A DNA stretch of 38,047 nt from Methanobacteriota archaeon (GTDB taxonomy: Archaea; JAADCQ01; Methanopyri; Methanopyrales; Methanopyraceae), in the NCBI GenBank assembly GCA_027064305.1, contig JAMOPY010000032.1, forward strand, positions 1 to 38,047. Direction: 5' to 3'. Below are positions 9,521-18,301 of the stretch, piece after piece; position 1 is the first letter of the stretch; each line of letters begins with the position of its first letter. The position numbers were made by a program, and so were the translations under genes. A model generated the notes under the pieces. That model saw only the letters and a list, made by a program, of their open reading frames with translations, was not told where the DNA came from and did not search any database.

Positions 9521-10662
9521 TGGGCGCGGAGTGGGTCACCCGACACCTGGACTACGACGGGGAGCTCACCTGGCTGATCGAGTCCCATGGGCCGCCTGAC
9601 GATCCCACGCCGCCCTGCCGCCCCACCTGCCGGCACTGTTACGCGACCCAACTCCCACCTGACGCGCGCGAGCGGCTCGTGATCAACGAGCTCTCCCTGT
9701 ACCCCTCCGACCTCGTGAACCACCCGCGGCTGGAGGAGGTGCTGCGCAGGGCGCGCGAGCTCGTGGCGTCCCGGGAGCCGCTACCCCTCAAGCTGATCAC
9801 CTCGGGCAAGGGGCTCACCGAGCGCCGGCTGAAGGCGCTCCTGCGGCACCTGGACCAGCTGGACTTCCACCTGCTGTCCACCGACCCCGCGGAGCGGGCC
9901 TCCCTGACCCGCGAGCCGGTACCCCGGGCGGAGCGGGTGCTGGAGCTCGTCCGGCGCGCGGCCAGAGAGGTCGACACCGTCGCCAACGTAGTGCTCGTGC
10001 CCGGCCACAACCTGCGCAGCCTGCCCCGAATCCTCCGGGACCTAGATGACTGGGGACTGCGCAAGTGCGTGGTCATCCCCGTCGGACTGACCCGGTACCA
10101 CCGGGGCGGCCTGCGGCCGCTCACCCCGGACGAGGAGCGGTGGGCGTGGCGGGTTTGTCGACGGCTGGACCGGGAGCTCGACCTGGACGTGGTCCCCTGC
10201 GACAGCCTGCTCCCGGCGGAGCGGTTCCGCCCGAGGCTCGACCCGGTGGCGAGGCGGTGCGCCCGGGCCCTGGAAGGGCTGGAGATGCGCGTGGGGCTCG
10301 TCACGGGCGAGGCCTTCGGCCCCGTGATCCGAGAGCTCTGCGAGCGGGTCAACGCCGAGCTGGGGGACCGGGCGCTCGAGCCCGTGATCGTGCGCAACCG
10401 GTACTTCGGCGGGAACATCCGCTGCGCCGGCCTGCTCACCGGCCGTGACGTCATCCGGGCGCTCCAGGGGGTGGACGTGGACGTCGCGGTCGTGCCCCGG
10501 ATCGCCGTCGAGCTGGGTTCGTTCATCGACGGGGTCACGACCTGGGAGGTGGCCGCCAGGGCCGACTGCGAGGTGATCGTGGGTCCGGAGCGGGTGGAGG
10601 AGCTTCCGGAGGTCCTGTCTCGGCTCGCCTCGGGGTGGTCCGGGTGCACCGGGCCGTGCTAG
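9520..10662 (+). CDS. Radical SAM protein with DUF512-type C-terminal domain
   Basis: CRPTCRHC (CxxxCxxC), VLVPGHN, IPVGLTRY, NRYFGGNIRCAGLLTGRD. GTG start overlaps the helicase TAG. Confidence 0.8.
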   Translation: MGAEWVTRHLDYDGELTWLIESHGPPDDPTPPCRPTCRHCYATQLPPDARERLVINELSLYPSDLVNHPRLEEVLRRARELVASREPLPLKLITSGKGLTERRLKALLRHLDQLDFHLLSTDPAERASLTREPVPRAERVLELVRRAAREVDTVANVVLVPGHNLRSLPRILRDLDDWGLRKCVVIPVGLTRYHRGGLRPLTPDEERWAWRVCRRLDRELDLDVVPCDSLLPAERFRPRLDPVARRCARALEGLEMRVGLVTGEAFGPVIRELCERVNAELGDRALEPVIVRNRYFGGNIRCAGLLTGRDVIRALQGVDVDVAVVPRIAVELGSFIDGVTTWEVAARADCEVIVGPERVEELPEVLSRLASGWSGCTGPC

Positions 10663-11516
10663 CCCTGCTCCTCTCCACCGCCGGTACGCTCGCCGCCGCC
10701 CGACTGTTCCGGTGGGTGGACGGGCCGCTGTACGAGCCCGTGCGCGGGGGCACGCCCCGCGGCGTCGGGATCGTGCCCGCCCTCGTATACGCCCTCCTGT
10801 CCCCGGTCGGCGCCGTGCCCGCGCTCACCCTGGCCCTTCTGGGCTTCGTGGACGACGCGCTGGGCCGCCGGCCCACCCGGCTGGGCGTGGAGGTCGGTCA
10901 TCTCTCGCGCGGCCTGGCCATGCTGGCGACGCTGGCGTGGTGCTGGGACCGGTACGGGCCGATCACCGGGCTGGTGGCCGGGTTCCTGCCCCAGCCCGCC
11001 AACATCGTGGACACGCAGCCCCGGGCGTTCACCTTCGCGCTCGCGGTGGCCACGCTCTCGTGCGTGCCGCTGGGCACCGCGGACCCGGTCGCCCTGGCGG
11101 TGCTCTGGGCGGCGCTCGCCCCTTACGTGGCGCTCGACCTGCGCGGTCGGGCGATGCTCGGGGACGGTGGGAACGCGGCGCTCGCCGTGGCCGGGCTGCT
11201 GGCGGCGACGCGCGGGGACTCGCTCGGCGCGCTCGCCTTCCTGGCCGCGTTCACGCTCGCCGGGGCGTGGTACCGGTACCGGATGGAGCCGAGGCTCCGC
11301 GAGTACCTGGAGCGGGAGCTGGGGATCCGCGACCCGTCGTTCATGGACGCGGTCTGGGACGTGCTGACGGGCGGGGCGCTGGGGGACTTGGTCAAGTCGT
11401 GGACGTTCGGCCGGGTCCGGGTCCCGGAGTGCGGGCCGTGGGCGCGCCGGCTGGGTTACCGGAGGTTGGTCCTTATCGGCCGGTCGACGGTGGGTAGGCG
11501 CCTCCGAGCAGGTTAA
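10635..11516 (+). CDS. MraY/glycosyltransferase family 4-like polyprenyl-phosphate transferase (cell-wall synthesis)
   Basis: Multi-pass hydrophobic protein with GGTPRGVG, LGFVDDALG, NIVDTQP and AMLGDGGN motifs. Confidence 0.75.
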   Translation: MVRVHRAVLALLLSTAGTLAAARLFRWVDGPLYEPVRGGTPRGVGIVPALVYALLSPVGAVPALTLALLGFVDDALGRRPTRLGVEVGHLSRGLAMLATLAWCWDRYGPITGLVAGFLPQPANIVDTQPRAFTFALAVATLSCVPLGTADPVALAVLWAALAPYVALDLRGRAMLGDGGNAALAVAGLLAATRGDSLGALAFLAAFTLAGAWYRYRMEPRLREYLERELGIRDPSFMDAVWDVLTGGALGDLVKSWTFGRVRVPECGPWARRLGYRRLVLIGRSTVGRRLRAG

Positions 11517-11567
11517 ATCCCCGAGCCCCGGGCACCCGGGTTAGGTCCTCCTAACGGGGGTCTCTCG

Positions 11568-12440
11568 TTGACCGAGCGGGCCGAGGAGGGGAAGGAGGAG
11601 GGCAGGCACCCGCACCATCCGAGCCCCGAGGAGATCAGGAAGCGGATCGAGCGGGAGAAGGAGGAGATCGAGAGGCGCCTGGAGAACGTGGAGCACGTGC
11701 TGATCGTGATGAGCGGTAAGGGGGGCGTCGGTAAGACCACGGTGACGGTGAACCTGGCGCTCTGCCTGGCCGAGGACGGGGACGTGGGCGTGCTGGACCT
11801 GGACATCCACGGTCCGAACGTCCCGGAGCAGCTGGGGGTGGACGAGCCCCCGAAGGCGTCCCCCGCGGGACTGTTCCCGGTGAAGGGGTACCACGACGTG
11901 CGGGTGGTCTCGATCGGCACGATGCTGGAGGACCGGGACCTGCCGGTGCTCTGGCGCGGGCCGCGCAAGTCCGGGTTCGTCCGGGAGGTGCTGGTGAAGA
12001 CGCAGTGGGGGGACCTGGACTACCTGATCGTCGACATGCCGCCGGGGACCGGCGACGAGATCATGACCGGGCTGGAGATGCTGCCGGAGCGGGCCCGGAA
12101 CGTGCTGCTGGTGACGAGCCCGGAGTCGCTGGCGCGCGCGGACGTGGTCAAGGCGGGCGAGGCCGTGCGGCGCATGGAGGGCAACCTGCTGGGCCTGGTC
12201 AGCAACATGCACGGGATCATCTGCCCGGAGTGCGGCGCGACGATCGAGTACTTCGCCGAGGATCACTCGGAGAAGCTGGCGGAGCGGCTGGGCGTGGAGG
12301 TGCTGGCCCGGATTCCGCTGGACCCGGAGGCGAAGCTGAGGTCGGAGGAGGAGGGCAAGCCGATGGTGCTCGCGGCCCCGGACTCGCGGGCCGCCGAGGC
12401 CTTCCGGGAGCTGGCGGAGCGGGTTAAGGAGGCGCTGTAG
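11568..12440 (+). CDS. Mrp/NBP35 (ApbC) Fe-S cluster carrier ATPase
   Basis: SGKGGVGKTT, DLDIHGPNVP, WRGP, DYLIVDMPPGTGD, CPEC. Confidence 0.95.
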   Translation: MTERAEEGKEEGRHPHHPSPEEIRKRIEREKEEIERRLENVEHVLIVMSGKGGVGKTTVTVNLALCLAEDGDVGVLDLDIHGPNVPEQLGVDEPPKASPAGLFPVKGYHDVRVVSIGTMLEDRDLPVLWRGPRKSGFVREVLVKTQWGDLDYLIVDMPPGTGDEIMTGLEMLPERARNVLLVTSPESLARADVVKAGEAVRRMEGNLLGLVSNMHGIICPECGATIEYFAEDHSEKLAERLGVEVLARIPLDPEAKLRSEEEGKPMVLAAPDSRAAEAFRELAERVKEAL

Positions 12441-12536
12441 GTCGGTCGGAACGGTCCTCATCACCACTCAGCGGGGTCCTACCTCCCCATCCCCGGTCTT
12501 CCCGCGGGCTCGGCCCCGAGCGCCCTCCCCATCACG
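12441..12536 (-). ncRNA. Candidate box C/D guide sRNA
   Basis: Minus strand reads GTGATGG-15nt-CCGA ... GGGATGG-15nt-CTGA-GTG-GTGATGA-12nt-CCGA, in a convergent intergenic gap. Confidence 0.45.
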
Positions 12537-12548
12537 CGTCGGGGGCGG

Positions 12549-12998
12549 CTATACCTCCTCATCGCCGCCCACGTCCTCCACCTCCTCCACGGTCCGGACC
12601 AGCCGACAGAGCCGACGGTTGCGCACGACCATGACCCGGGGTCGGAACCGGACGTAGTAGGCCTCCCAGAGCGCGAGCGCGAGCCGGGGCTGGGCGCCCC
12701 CGCCCACGTCGATGAACACGGCGTCGACGCGGTCCGTGCGCCTCAGCACCTCGCCCAGCCGGAACCCGTCCTCGTGCAGCGGGACGACGTTGTCCAGGCT
12801 CGAGACCCGATCGACCAGCCTCCGGTACATCTCCTCGGACTTCTCGAACGCGAGCACGAGCTCGGCCCGCTCCGCGAGCCGGACCGTGGTATCCCCGGCC
12901 GCCGCCCCCACCTCCACGACCACGTCCCCGTCCCTCACCACCTCCTCCGCCAGCCTCCGGTACCGACCGACGTCGAAGACCAGGTAGGTCCTCGTCAC
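12549..12998 (-). CDS. Class I SAM-dependent methyltransferase
   Basis: VVEVGAAAGDTT motif I, AFEKS, DAVFID; likely GTG start at 12998. Confidence 0.8.
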   Translation of the reverse strand: MTRTYLVFDVGRYRRLAEEVVRDGDVVVEVGAAAGDTTVRLAERAELVLAFEKSEEMYRRLVDRVSSLDNVVPLHEDGFRLGEVLRRTDRVDAVFIDVGGGAQPRLALALWEAYYVRFRPRVMVVRNRRLCRLVRTVEEVEDVGGDEEV

Positions 12999-13008
12999 GG
13001 GACCGCCC

Positions 13009-13560
13009 CTACAGCTCCGCCTCGAACTCCCGCGTCTCCACCTCACCCTCCCGCAGCAGGTAGAGCTTCATCCACACCTTGCGGTCCTCGATCGTCCCGT
13101 ACATGAACGAGGGGCCCGGACTCGCCCCGCCGCCCGAGCGCACCCCCGTGAGGCTGCCCGGGTTCACGATCAGCTTCCCTCGGTGCTCGCGGAACTCGGG
13201 CCGGTGCGTGTGGCCCGTGAAGATCACGTCCGCGCCCTCCTCCTCCGCGATCGAGGCCAGCTGGTCCGGGTCCCCGCGCGGGTGTACCCCGCTCCCGTGA
13301 TCCACCACCACCTTCAGCCCCTCCAGCTCCTCCGTCACCCGGTTCGGGAGCGGGAGGCCGAAGTCGCAGTTCCCCGTCACCAGGAGCGCCTTCTCGCCCA
13401 GCGAGGCCATCCACTCCACCACGTCCTCCGACGTGTAGTCCCCGGGTGAGATCACCACGTCCACCGGGGCCAGCCGCTCGATCCGCTCCTTCAGCGGGTG
13501 CGGCACCTCCTGCGCGCGCTCCGGGATGTGCGCGTCCCCCAGGACCAGCAGGTTGATCAT
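13009..13560 (-). CDS. YfcE/Vps29 family metallophosphoesterase
   Basis: GDAHIP, PGD, GNCD, HG, GHTH, NPGS. Confidence 0.92.
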   Translation of the reverse strand: MINLLVLGDAHIPERAQEVPHPLKERIERLAPVDVVISPGDYTSEDVVEWMASLGEKALLVTGNCDFGLPLPNRVTEELEGLKVVVDHGSGVHPRGDPDQLASIAEEEGADVIFTGHTHRPEFREHRGKLIVNPGSLTGVRSGGGASPGPSFMYGTIEDRKVWMKLYLLREGEVETREFEAEL

Positions 13561-13566
13561 GATCCC

Positions 13567-14349
13567 TCACCCCCCGGGCGCCGGATCCAGCTCCACGAAC
13601 CCCCTCCGGAGGCACGAGCGTAAAATTCGTCGCCCCGCCCCCTCGTGGAACCGCGGCGGCGCCCAATCCCGGGTCACCCGGCACCGCTCCACCCCGTCCT
13701 CCCGCACCCTCACCCGGTACGCCAGGAACCCGCGCCGCTGCCACACCGGGGTCCGGCCCAGGTTGATCCCGAACTCCCGGAAGAGGAGCTCGTGCACGTC
13801 GTGCGCCTTCATCCCGCGGAGCCGCTCCGCGGCCTCCCTCGGCGAGAGCCCCTTCCTCCTGAGCGCCCAGTACGCGTACGAGTTCAGGTGGTTCCGCCAG
13901 GCCTCATCCTGCCTCCACTTGAAGTACCGGACCACGTCCTCCTCCGTGAGCACCACGCACCGGGAGTCGAAGGAGATCGTCTCCGCGAACACCCGCTCAC
14001 CGAAGTGCTCCCGCAGCGCGCCCTGCAGGTAGCTGGCCGCGCAGGAGGCGGAGACGGAGGTGAGCTTCTCCACCCGCCCGGAGAACGGGATCCGATCGCG
14101 CGGGATCAGCAGGTTGAGCTCGTCGGAGAACCCGTACACGAGCGTGACGCCGAGGCCGGAGTCCCGGATCAGGCGCACCGCCGTCTCGGCCATCGCCTCC
14201 GCGAACCGACGGTCGTAGGGTTTCTCCATCCCCAGCCGGCGCGTCAGGTTCGTGAACGCCCGACCGTCCACCCGCAGGACCAGGTGCGCGTTGGGCGGGA
14301 CGCGCAGCCCGGAGTACACCTCCAGGTCCCGGGGCTCCGGGGGCTTCAA
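13567..14349 (-). CDS. thg1: tRNA(His) guanylyltransferase / Thg1-like 3'-5' polymerase
   Basis: LRVDGRAF, KPYD, YGFSDE, FSGRVEKL, FDSR, YFKWRQDEAWRN, WQRRG. Confidence 0.95.
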   Translation of the reverse strand: MKPPEPRDLEVYSGLRVPPNAHLVLRVDGRAFTNLTRRLGMEKPYDRRFAEAMAETAVRLIRDSGLGVTLVYGFSDELNLLIPRDRIPFSGRVEKLTSVSASCAASYLQGALREHFGERVFAETISFDSRCVVLTEEDVVRYFKWRQDEAWRNHLNSYAYWALRRKGLSPREAAERLRGMKAHDVHELLFREFGINLGRTPVWQRRGFLAYRVRVREDGVERCRVTRDWAPPRFHEGAGRRILRSCLRRGFVELDPAPGG

Positions 14350-15134
14350 GTCCCCACCCGCAGCCCCTCGGTCAACCGCTCCAGGAGCGCGACGGTCGAG
14401 TACGCGGCCAGGGCGCTCGTCCTCGGGTTCTCCGGGAGGGCCGCGTTCCGCAGCTCGAACCGGTACTCACCCAGCTCCGAGCGGACCTCGACGACGTGCG
14501 TGTTCCGGTCCGCGTCGGGATCGCACACGATCCGCACCCGCACCCGCGACGGATCCCCCACCGCCAGGGCGACGGCGGCCGCCACGTTCACGTTCCTCGG
14601 AAACCGACGCACGGCCTCCCGAACGGACCCCTCGAACACCACCTCCCGGTCCTCAACCTCCCGGTCCAGCGACTCCGGGGGCTTGACCGTGGTCAGCACC
14701 ACCTCCTCCACCCGGCCGTCCACCGCCCGGAGCACGTCCAACCCGCCCACCGCCCCGGAGGGGACGAACAGCCGATGACCCGACCGCTCGCACGCCTCCA
14801 GGCACTCCTCGAGCAGTCCCTCCTCCAGCACCAGGGCGCCCACGCTGAGGACGATCACGTCCGTTCGCTCCAGCGCCCCCGGCAGCAGCTCCGCCGCCGC
14901 CTCCACGGAGGCCGCCTCCACGAGCACGTCGCAGTCCCACTCCAACGCCTCCTCCAACCTCGTCGTGACCTCGCAGTCCGGGAAGAGCCGTCGCGCCCAC
15001 GCCAACCGCTCCCGATTCCGATCGCACACGGCCACCGGCACCACGCGACCCCGCAACCGCCCCTCCGCGGCCTCAGTCAGGATCGTCGACCCGATCCCGC
15101 CCACGCCCACGAGCCCTAAGCTCAGCCTCCTCAT
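14346..15134 (-). CDS. nadX: L-aspartate dehydrogenase
   Basis: GVGGIG, VEAAS, SVGAL, PSGAVGGLD, KPP, FPRNVNVAA, NPRTSALAAYS. Confidence 0.93.
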   Translation of the reverse strand: MRRLSLGLVGVGGIGSTILTEAAEGRLRGRVVPVAVCDRNRERLAWARRLFPDCEVTTRLEEALEWDCDVLVEAASVEAAAELLPGALERTDVIVLSVGALVLEEGLLEECLEACERSGHRLFVPSGAVGGLDVLRAVDGRVEEVVLTTVKPPESLDREVEDREVVFEGSVREAVRRFPRNVNVAAAVALAVGDPSRVRVRIVCDPDADRNTHVVEVRSELGEYRFELRNAALPENPRTSALAAYSTVALLERLTEGLRVGT

Positions 15135-15702
15135 ACTCCACGATCCCCTCCCTCAGGTACTCCACCAGACCGGGCGGCAGGAGGGGGCGCCCCTCCTCCG
15201 CCGGGTAATCGCAGTGAAGCCGCACCGAGTGCCCGGGCCCCAGCTCCACCTCCGGCCGCTCCACCACCTCGATCTCCTCTACCCTCACACCCTCCTCCAG
15301 CACCATCAGCGCGACCCGAACCGCGCCGTCGATGCTGAAGTGGTACTCGCCCAGGTGCCGCGCCTCCGCCCCCCGAAACCGCGGCGTGATGAGCCTCCGG
15401 GTCCGGCGCCGGCGCGGATGGTCCCCCAGGATCCCGCCCACCACCAGCACGTCCGGCTCCTCGTCCGGGGTCAGCGGCTCCTCCGCGTCCGGGTCCAGCA
15501 CGATCACCCGGTCACCCCGCAGCGGCAGGTCCGAGCCCGAGTACGGGAGGGCCGGGTACCGGGACTTGACCAGGACCTCCGGGTCGGCGCCCGTGACCGT
15601 GAGCTCCCACCCGTACCGCCGGGCCACCCGGTAGGACTCCGTGTACTCCAGGTCCAGCCACGGGGACCACCGGTCCGCGTGCTCGATGAACACGACCGGC
15701 AA
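15073..15702 (-). CDS. Sfm1/DUF431-like SPOUT methyltransferase
   Basis: IEH...WLDLEY, LDP.A..PL.P, VVGGILGDHPRRRRT, RHLG, SIDGAV. Confidence 0.8.
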   Translation of the reverse strand: MPVVFIEHADRWSPWLDLEYTESYRVARRYGWELTVTGADPEVLVKSRYPALPYSGSDLPLRGDRVIVLDPDAEEPLTPDEEPDVLVVGGILGDHPRRRRTRRLITPRFRGAEARHLGEYHFSIDGAVRVALMVLEEGVRVEEIEVVERPEVELGPGHSVRLHCDYPAEEGRPLLPPGLVEYLREGIVEYEEAELRARGRGRDRVDDPD

Positions 15703-16017
15703 CTACTCCTCGACCTCCTCCACCTCCGTCGTCTCCCGCTCCCTCGAGCGCCCGGGTCGCTCCACGATCACGATGTCACCCACCGCCTTCACGGCGCCCG
15801 CGTCGATGTTCTCCACCCGCTTCTCCTCCACCCCGGGCAGGGGAATCAGCCCACCCCCCGACTCCTCCGTGACCACCACGATCAGCCGCCTCAGATCCCC
15901 CGTCTCCGGGTCGAACGTGACGTCCCGAACCGTGCCGACCCGGTGCCCATCCTCCGTGTACACCTCCATCCCCACGAGCTGCTGAAACCTAACGTACCGG
16001 CGCTGAACCTCCGCCAA
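15703..16017 (-). CDS. PRC-barrel domain protein
   Basis: LVGMEVYTEDGHRVGTVRDVTFD...VKAVGDIVIV; likely TTG start at 16017. Confidence 0.88.
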   Translation of the reverse strand: MAEVQRRYVRFQQLVGMEVYTEDGHRVGTVRDVTFDPETGDLRRLIVVVTEESGGGLIPLPGVEEKRVENIDAGAVKAVGDIVIVERPGRSRERETTEVEEVEE

Positions 16018-16030
16018 CGGGGCTCCCCCC

Positions 16031-17578
16031 ATGGAGGTCGTCGGGATTCACCACGGACACGACGCCGGGGCGGCGCTCGTCCGGGACGGCCGGATCGTGG
16101 CCGCCGCCAACGAGGAACGGTTCTCGCGTAAAAAACTCCATCGAGGGTTCCCCGAGCGCTCCCTAAAGTTCGTCCTCGGGCGGGCCGAGGACCCGGACGC
16201 GATCGCGGTGGCCGGCCTCTACCGGCGCAAGCGCGACCTGGACCGCCTGCGCGCGCTGTCCGAGGAGCTCGAGGCCCCACTCTACCTCGTCGAGCACCAC
16301 GCGGCCCATGCCGCCTCGGCCTACTACACCTCCGGCTTCAACCGCTGCCTCACGATCACCGTGGACGCGGCGGGGGACGGGCTCTCCGCGACCGTCTGGG
16401 CGTGCGAGCGGGGACGCATGCACCGCGTGGCCACGGAGTCCTACTACGACTCCCTGGGGGACTTCTACGCGAACGTGACCGAGCTCCTGGGCCTCGAGCC
16501 CATGAAGGACGAGGGCAAGGTCATGTGCCTGGCCGCGTACGCCGAGCCCGACCGCCGCACCCTGGAGTGGATCGAGAGCGAGGTGATCACCGTCGAGGAG
16601 GGACGGATCAGGAACCTCCTGGGGGCCATCTCCGGCGAGGCCGTGCGTCGGCTCAAGCGCTCACCGCTGGCCGAGCTCGACCGCGAGCGCCTCGCGGCCA
16701 CCGCGCAGCGGGCCCTCGAGCGTCTCCTCCTCCGGTACTTCTCCCACCACGTCGAGGAGTACGGGGAGCGCCGGGTCGCTTACGCGGGGGGCGTCGCCGC
16801 GAACGTCGTCGCCAACATGCGCCTCCGCGAGGGGCTCGACCTCGACCTCTTCGTCCATCCGAACATGGGGGACGGCGGGCTGGCCGTCGGGGCCGCCCTC
16901 TGGGCCTGGGCGCAGGAGGAGCTGGCCCGGGGCCGCACCCCGAGGCCGCGGCGGCTGGAGCACGTGTACCTGGGCCCCGAGTACGGTCGGAGGGCCGTGG
17001 AACGGGCGCTCGAGCGGCACGGGCTGCTCGACCGGGCCGAGCGGGTGGGCCGGGACCCGGAGCCCCTCGTGGATCGGCTGCTGGAGGGACGGACCGTCGC
17101 CGTCTTCCACGGGAGGATGGAGTACGGACCCCGGGCGCTCGGGGCCCGGAGCATCCTGGCGGACCCGAGGGACCGGGCGATCGTGGACCGGCTGAACCGC
17201 GCGCTGGGTCGGGAGCGGTACCAGCCCTTCGCCCCCACCATCCTGGAGGAGCGGGCGCGGGACTACCTGCGCCGGCCGTGCCGTTCCCCCTTCATGACCC
17301 TCGCCTTCCGGGCGACCGAGCGGTTGCGGCGCGAGGCGCCCGCGGTCGTGCACGTGGACGGGACGACCCGTCCCCAGACGCTGGGCGACGAGCTGCCCTT
17401 CTACCGGGAGATCCTGGAGGAGTTCGAGGGGAGGACCGGGGTGGGGGGCGTCTTGAACACCAGCTTCAACCTCCACGGGGAGCCGATCGTCCGCTCGCCC
17501 GAGGACGCCGTGCGCGCCCTCCTGAAGGGGGCCGCCGACGCCCTCTGGATCGAGGGGTACCTCGTCGATCGCGGGTAG
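16031..17578 (+). CDS. Carbamoyltransferase, NodU/CmcH/TobZ family
   Basis: HDAGAAL, EERFSR.K, HHAAHAASAYY, EGKVMCLAAY, GGVAAN, GRMEYGPRALGARSIL, PFAP, HVDGTTRPQ, LNTSFNLHGEPIV. Confidence 0.95.
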   Translation: MEVVGIHHGHDAGAALVRDGRIVAAANEERFSRKKLHRGFPERSLKFVLGRAEDPDAIAVAGLYRRKRDLDRLRALSEELEAPLYLVEHHAAHAASAYYTSGFNRCLTITVDAAGDGLSATVWACERGRMHRVATESYYDSLGDFYANVTELLGLEPMKDEGKVMCLAAYAEPDRRTLEWIESEVITVEEGRIRNLLGAISGEAVRRLKRSPLAELDRERLAATAQRALERLLLRYFSHHVEEYGERRVAYAGGVAANVVANMRLREGLDLDLFVHPNMGDGGLAVGAALWAWAQEELARGRTPRPRRLEHVYLGPEYGRRAVERALERHGLLDRAERVGRDPEPLVDRLLEGRTVAVFHGRMEYGPRALGARSILADPRDRAIVDRLNRALGRERYQPFAPTILEERARDYLRRPCRSPFMTLAFRATERLRREAPAVVHVDGTTRPQTLGDELPFYREILEEFEGRTGVGGVLNTSFNLHGEPIVRSPEDAVRALLKGAADALWIEGYLVDRG

Positions 17579-17590
17579 GGGGTCGGTCCG

Positions 17591-18301
17591 CTGAGGCGCC
17601 CCCGCGTGCTGTACAACGTGGGGATGACCGCCGACGGCAAGGTGGCGAGCGTGTCGGGGGACGCGCGCATCTCCGGGGAGGAGGATCTGAGGGAGGTGCA
17701 TCGGCTCCGGGCCGAGCACGACGCGGTCGCGGTGGGCGCGAACACCGTGCGCCGGGACGACCCGATGCTTAACGTGCGCCTGGTCGAGGGGGAGGACCCG
17801 CTCCGCGTCGTCTTCACCTCCGACTGCACCGGGATCCCGACGGACTGCCGGCTCGTGCGGACCGCGCGCGAGATTCCCACCCTCGTCCTCTGCGCCGAGG
17901 CGGACCCGGGGCGCCGCCGGGAGCTCGAGCGGCGCGGGGTGGAGGTGGAGGAGGTCGGCTGGGAGGGCGGGTTCGCGGACGTACGGGAGGGGCTGAGGGT
18001 GCTGTACGAGCGCGGGGTCCGGTCGCTGCTGCTGGAGGGCGGGCCCACGCTCGCCTGGAGCTTCCTCAGGCACGGGCTGATCGACGAGTTCCGCGTCGCG
18101 GTGGCCCCCGTGCTGGTCGGCGGGGAGGAGGCGCCCACGCCGGTGGGCGGCGAGGGGTTCCCCACGATCGGGGAGGGCGTGGGGCTAAAGCTCAAGCGCG
18201 TGGAGCGGCTCGGTCGGGACGTCGTGCTCTGGTACGAGGTTACGGGGCCCGCCGAGCGCCTCGCGAGGGAGCACGAGCGGGCCCGGGGGGAGCCGGATTG
18301 A
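17591..18301 (+). CDS. arfC: 2,5-diamino-6-ribosylamino-4(3H)-pyrimidinone 5'-phosphate reductase (RibD C-terminal domain/ArfC)
   Basis: RP.V..N..MTADGK, VHRLRAEHDAVAVGANTV..DDP.L, LLLEGGPTL, GLIDE. Start is CTG at 17591 (preferred) or GTG at 17606. Confidence 0.9.
   Translation: MRRPRVLYNVGMTADGKVASVSGDARISGEEDLREVHRLRAEHDAVAVGANTVRRDDPMLNVRLVEGEDPLRVVFTSDCTGIPTDCRLVRTAREIPTLVLCAEADPGRRRELERRGVEVEEVGWEGGFADVREGLRVLYERGVRSLLLEGGPTLAWSFLRHGLIDEFRVAVAPVLVGGEEAPTPVGGEGFPTIGEGVGLKLKRVERLGRDVVLWYEVTGPAERLAREHERARGEPD

Noticed and set aside
11540-11555. GTTAGG-TCCT-CCTAAC inverted repeat upstream of mrp as a fourth palindrome copy
   Set aside because: The spacer is 8 rather than 9 nt and the outer ATC/GAT arms are absent; it may be chance or an unrelated operator.
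13567-14349. Recoded or split Thg1, as in some Methanosarcina
   Set aside because: The reading frame is uninterrupted here.
17576-17578. TAG read-through (pyrrolysine) fusing the carbamoyltransferase to the in-frame reductase
   Set aside because: Both proteins are complete on their own, there is no evidence of pyl genes, and an SD plus CTG start explains the arrangement more simply.
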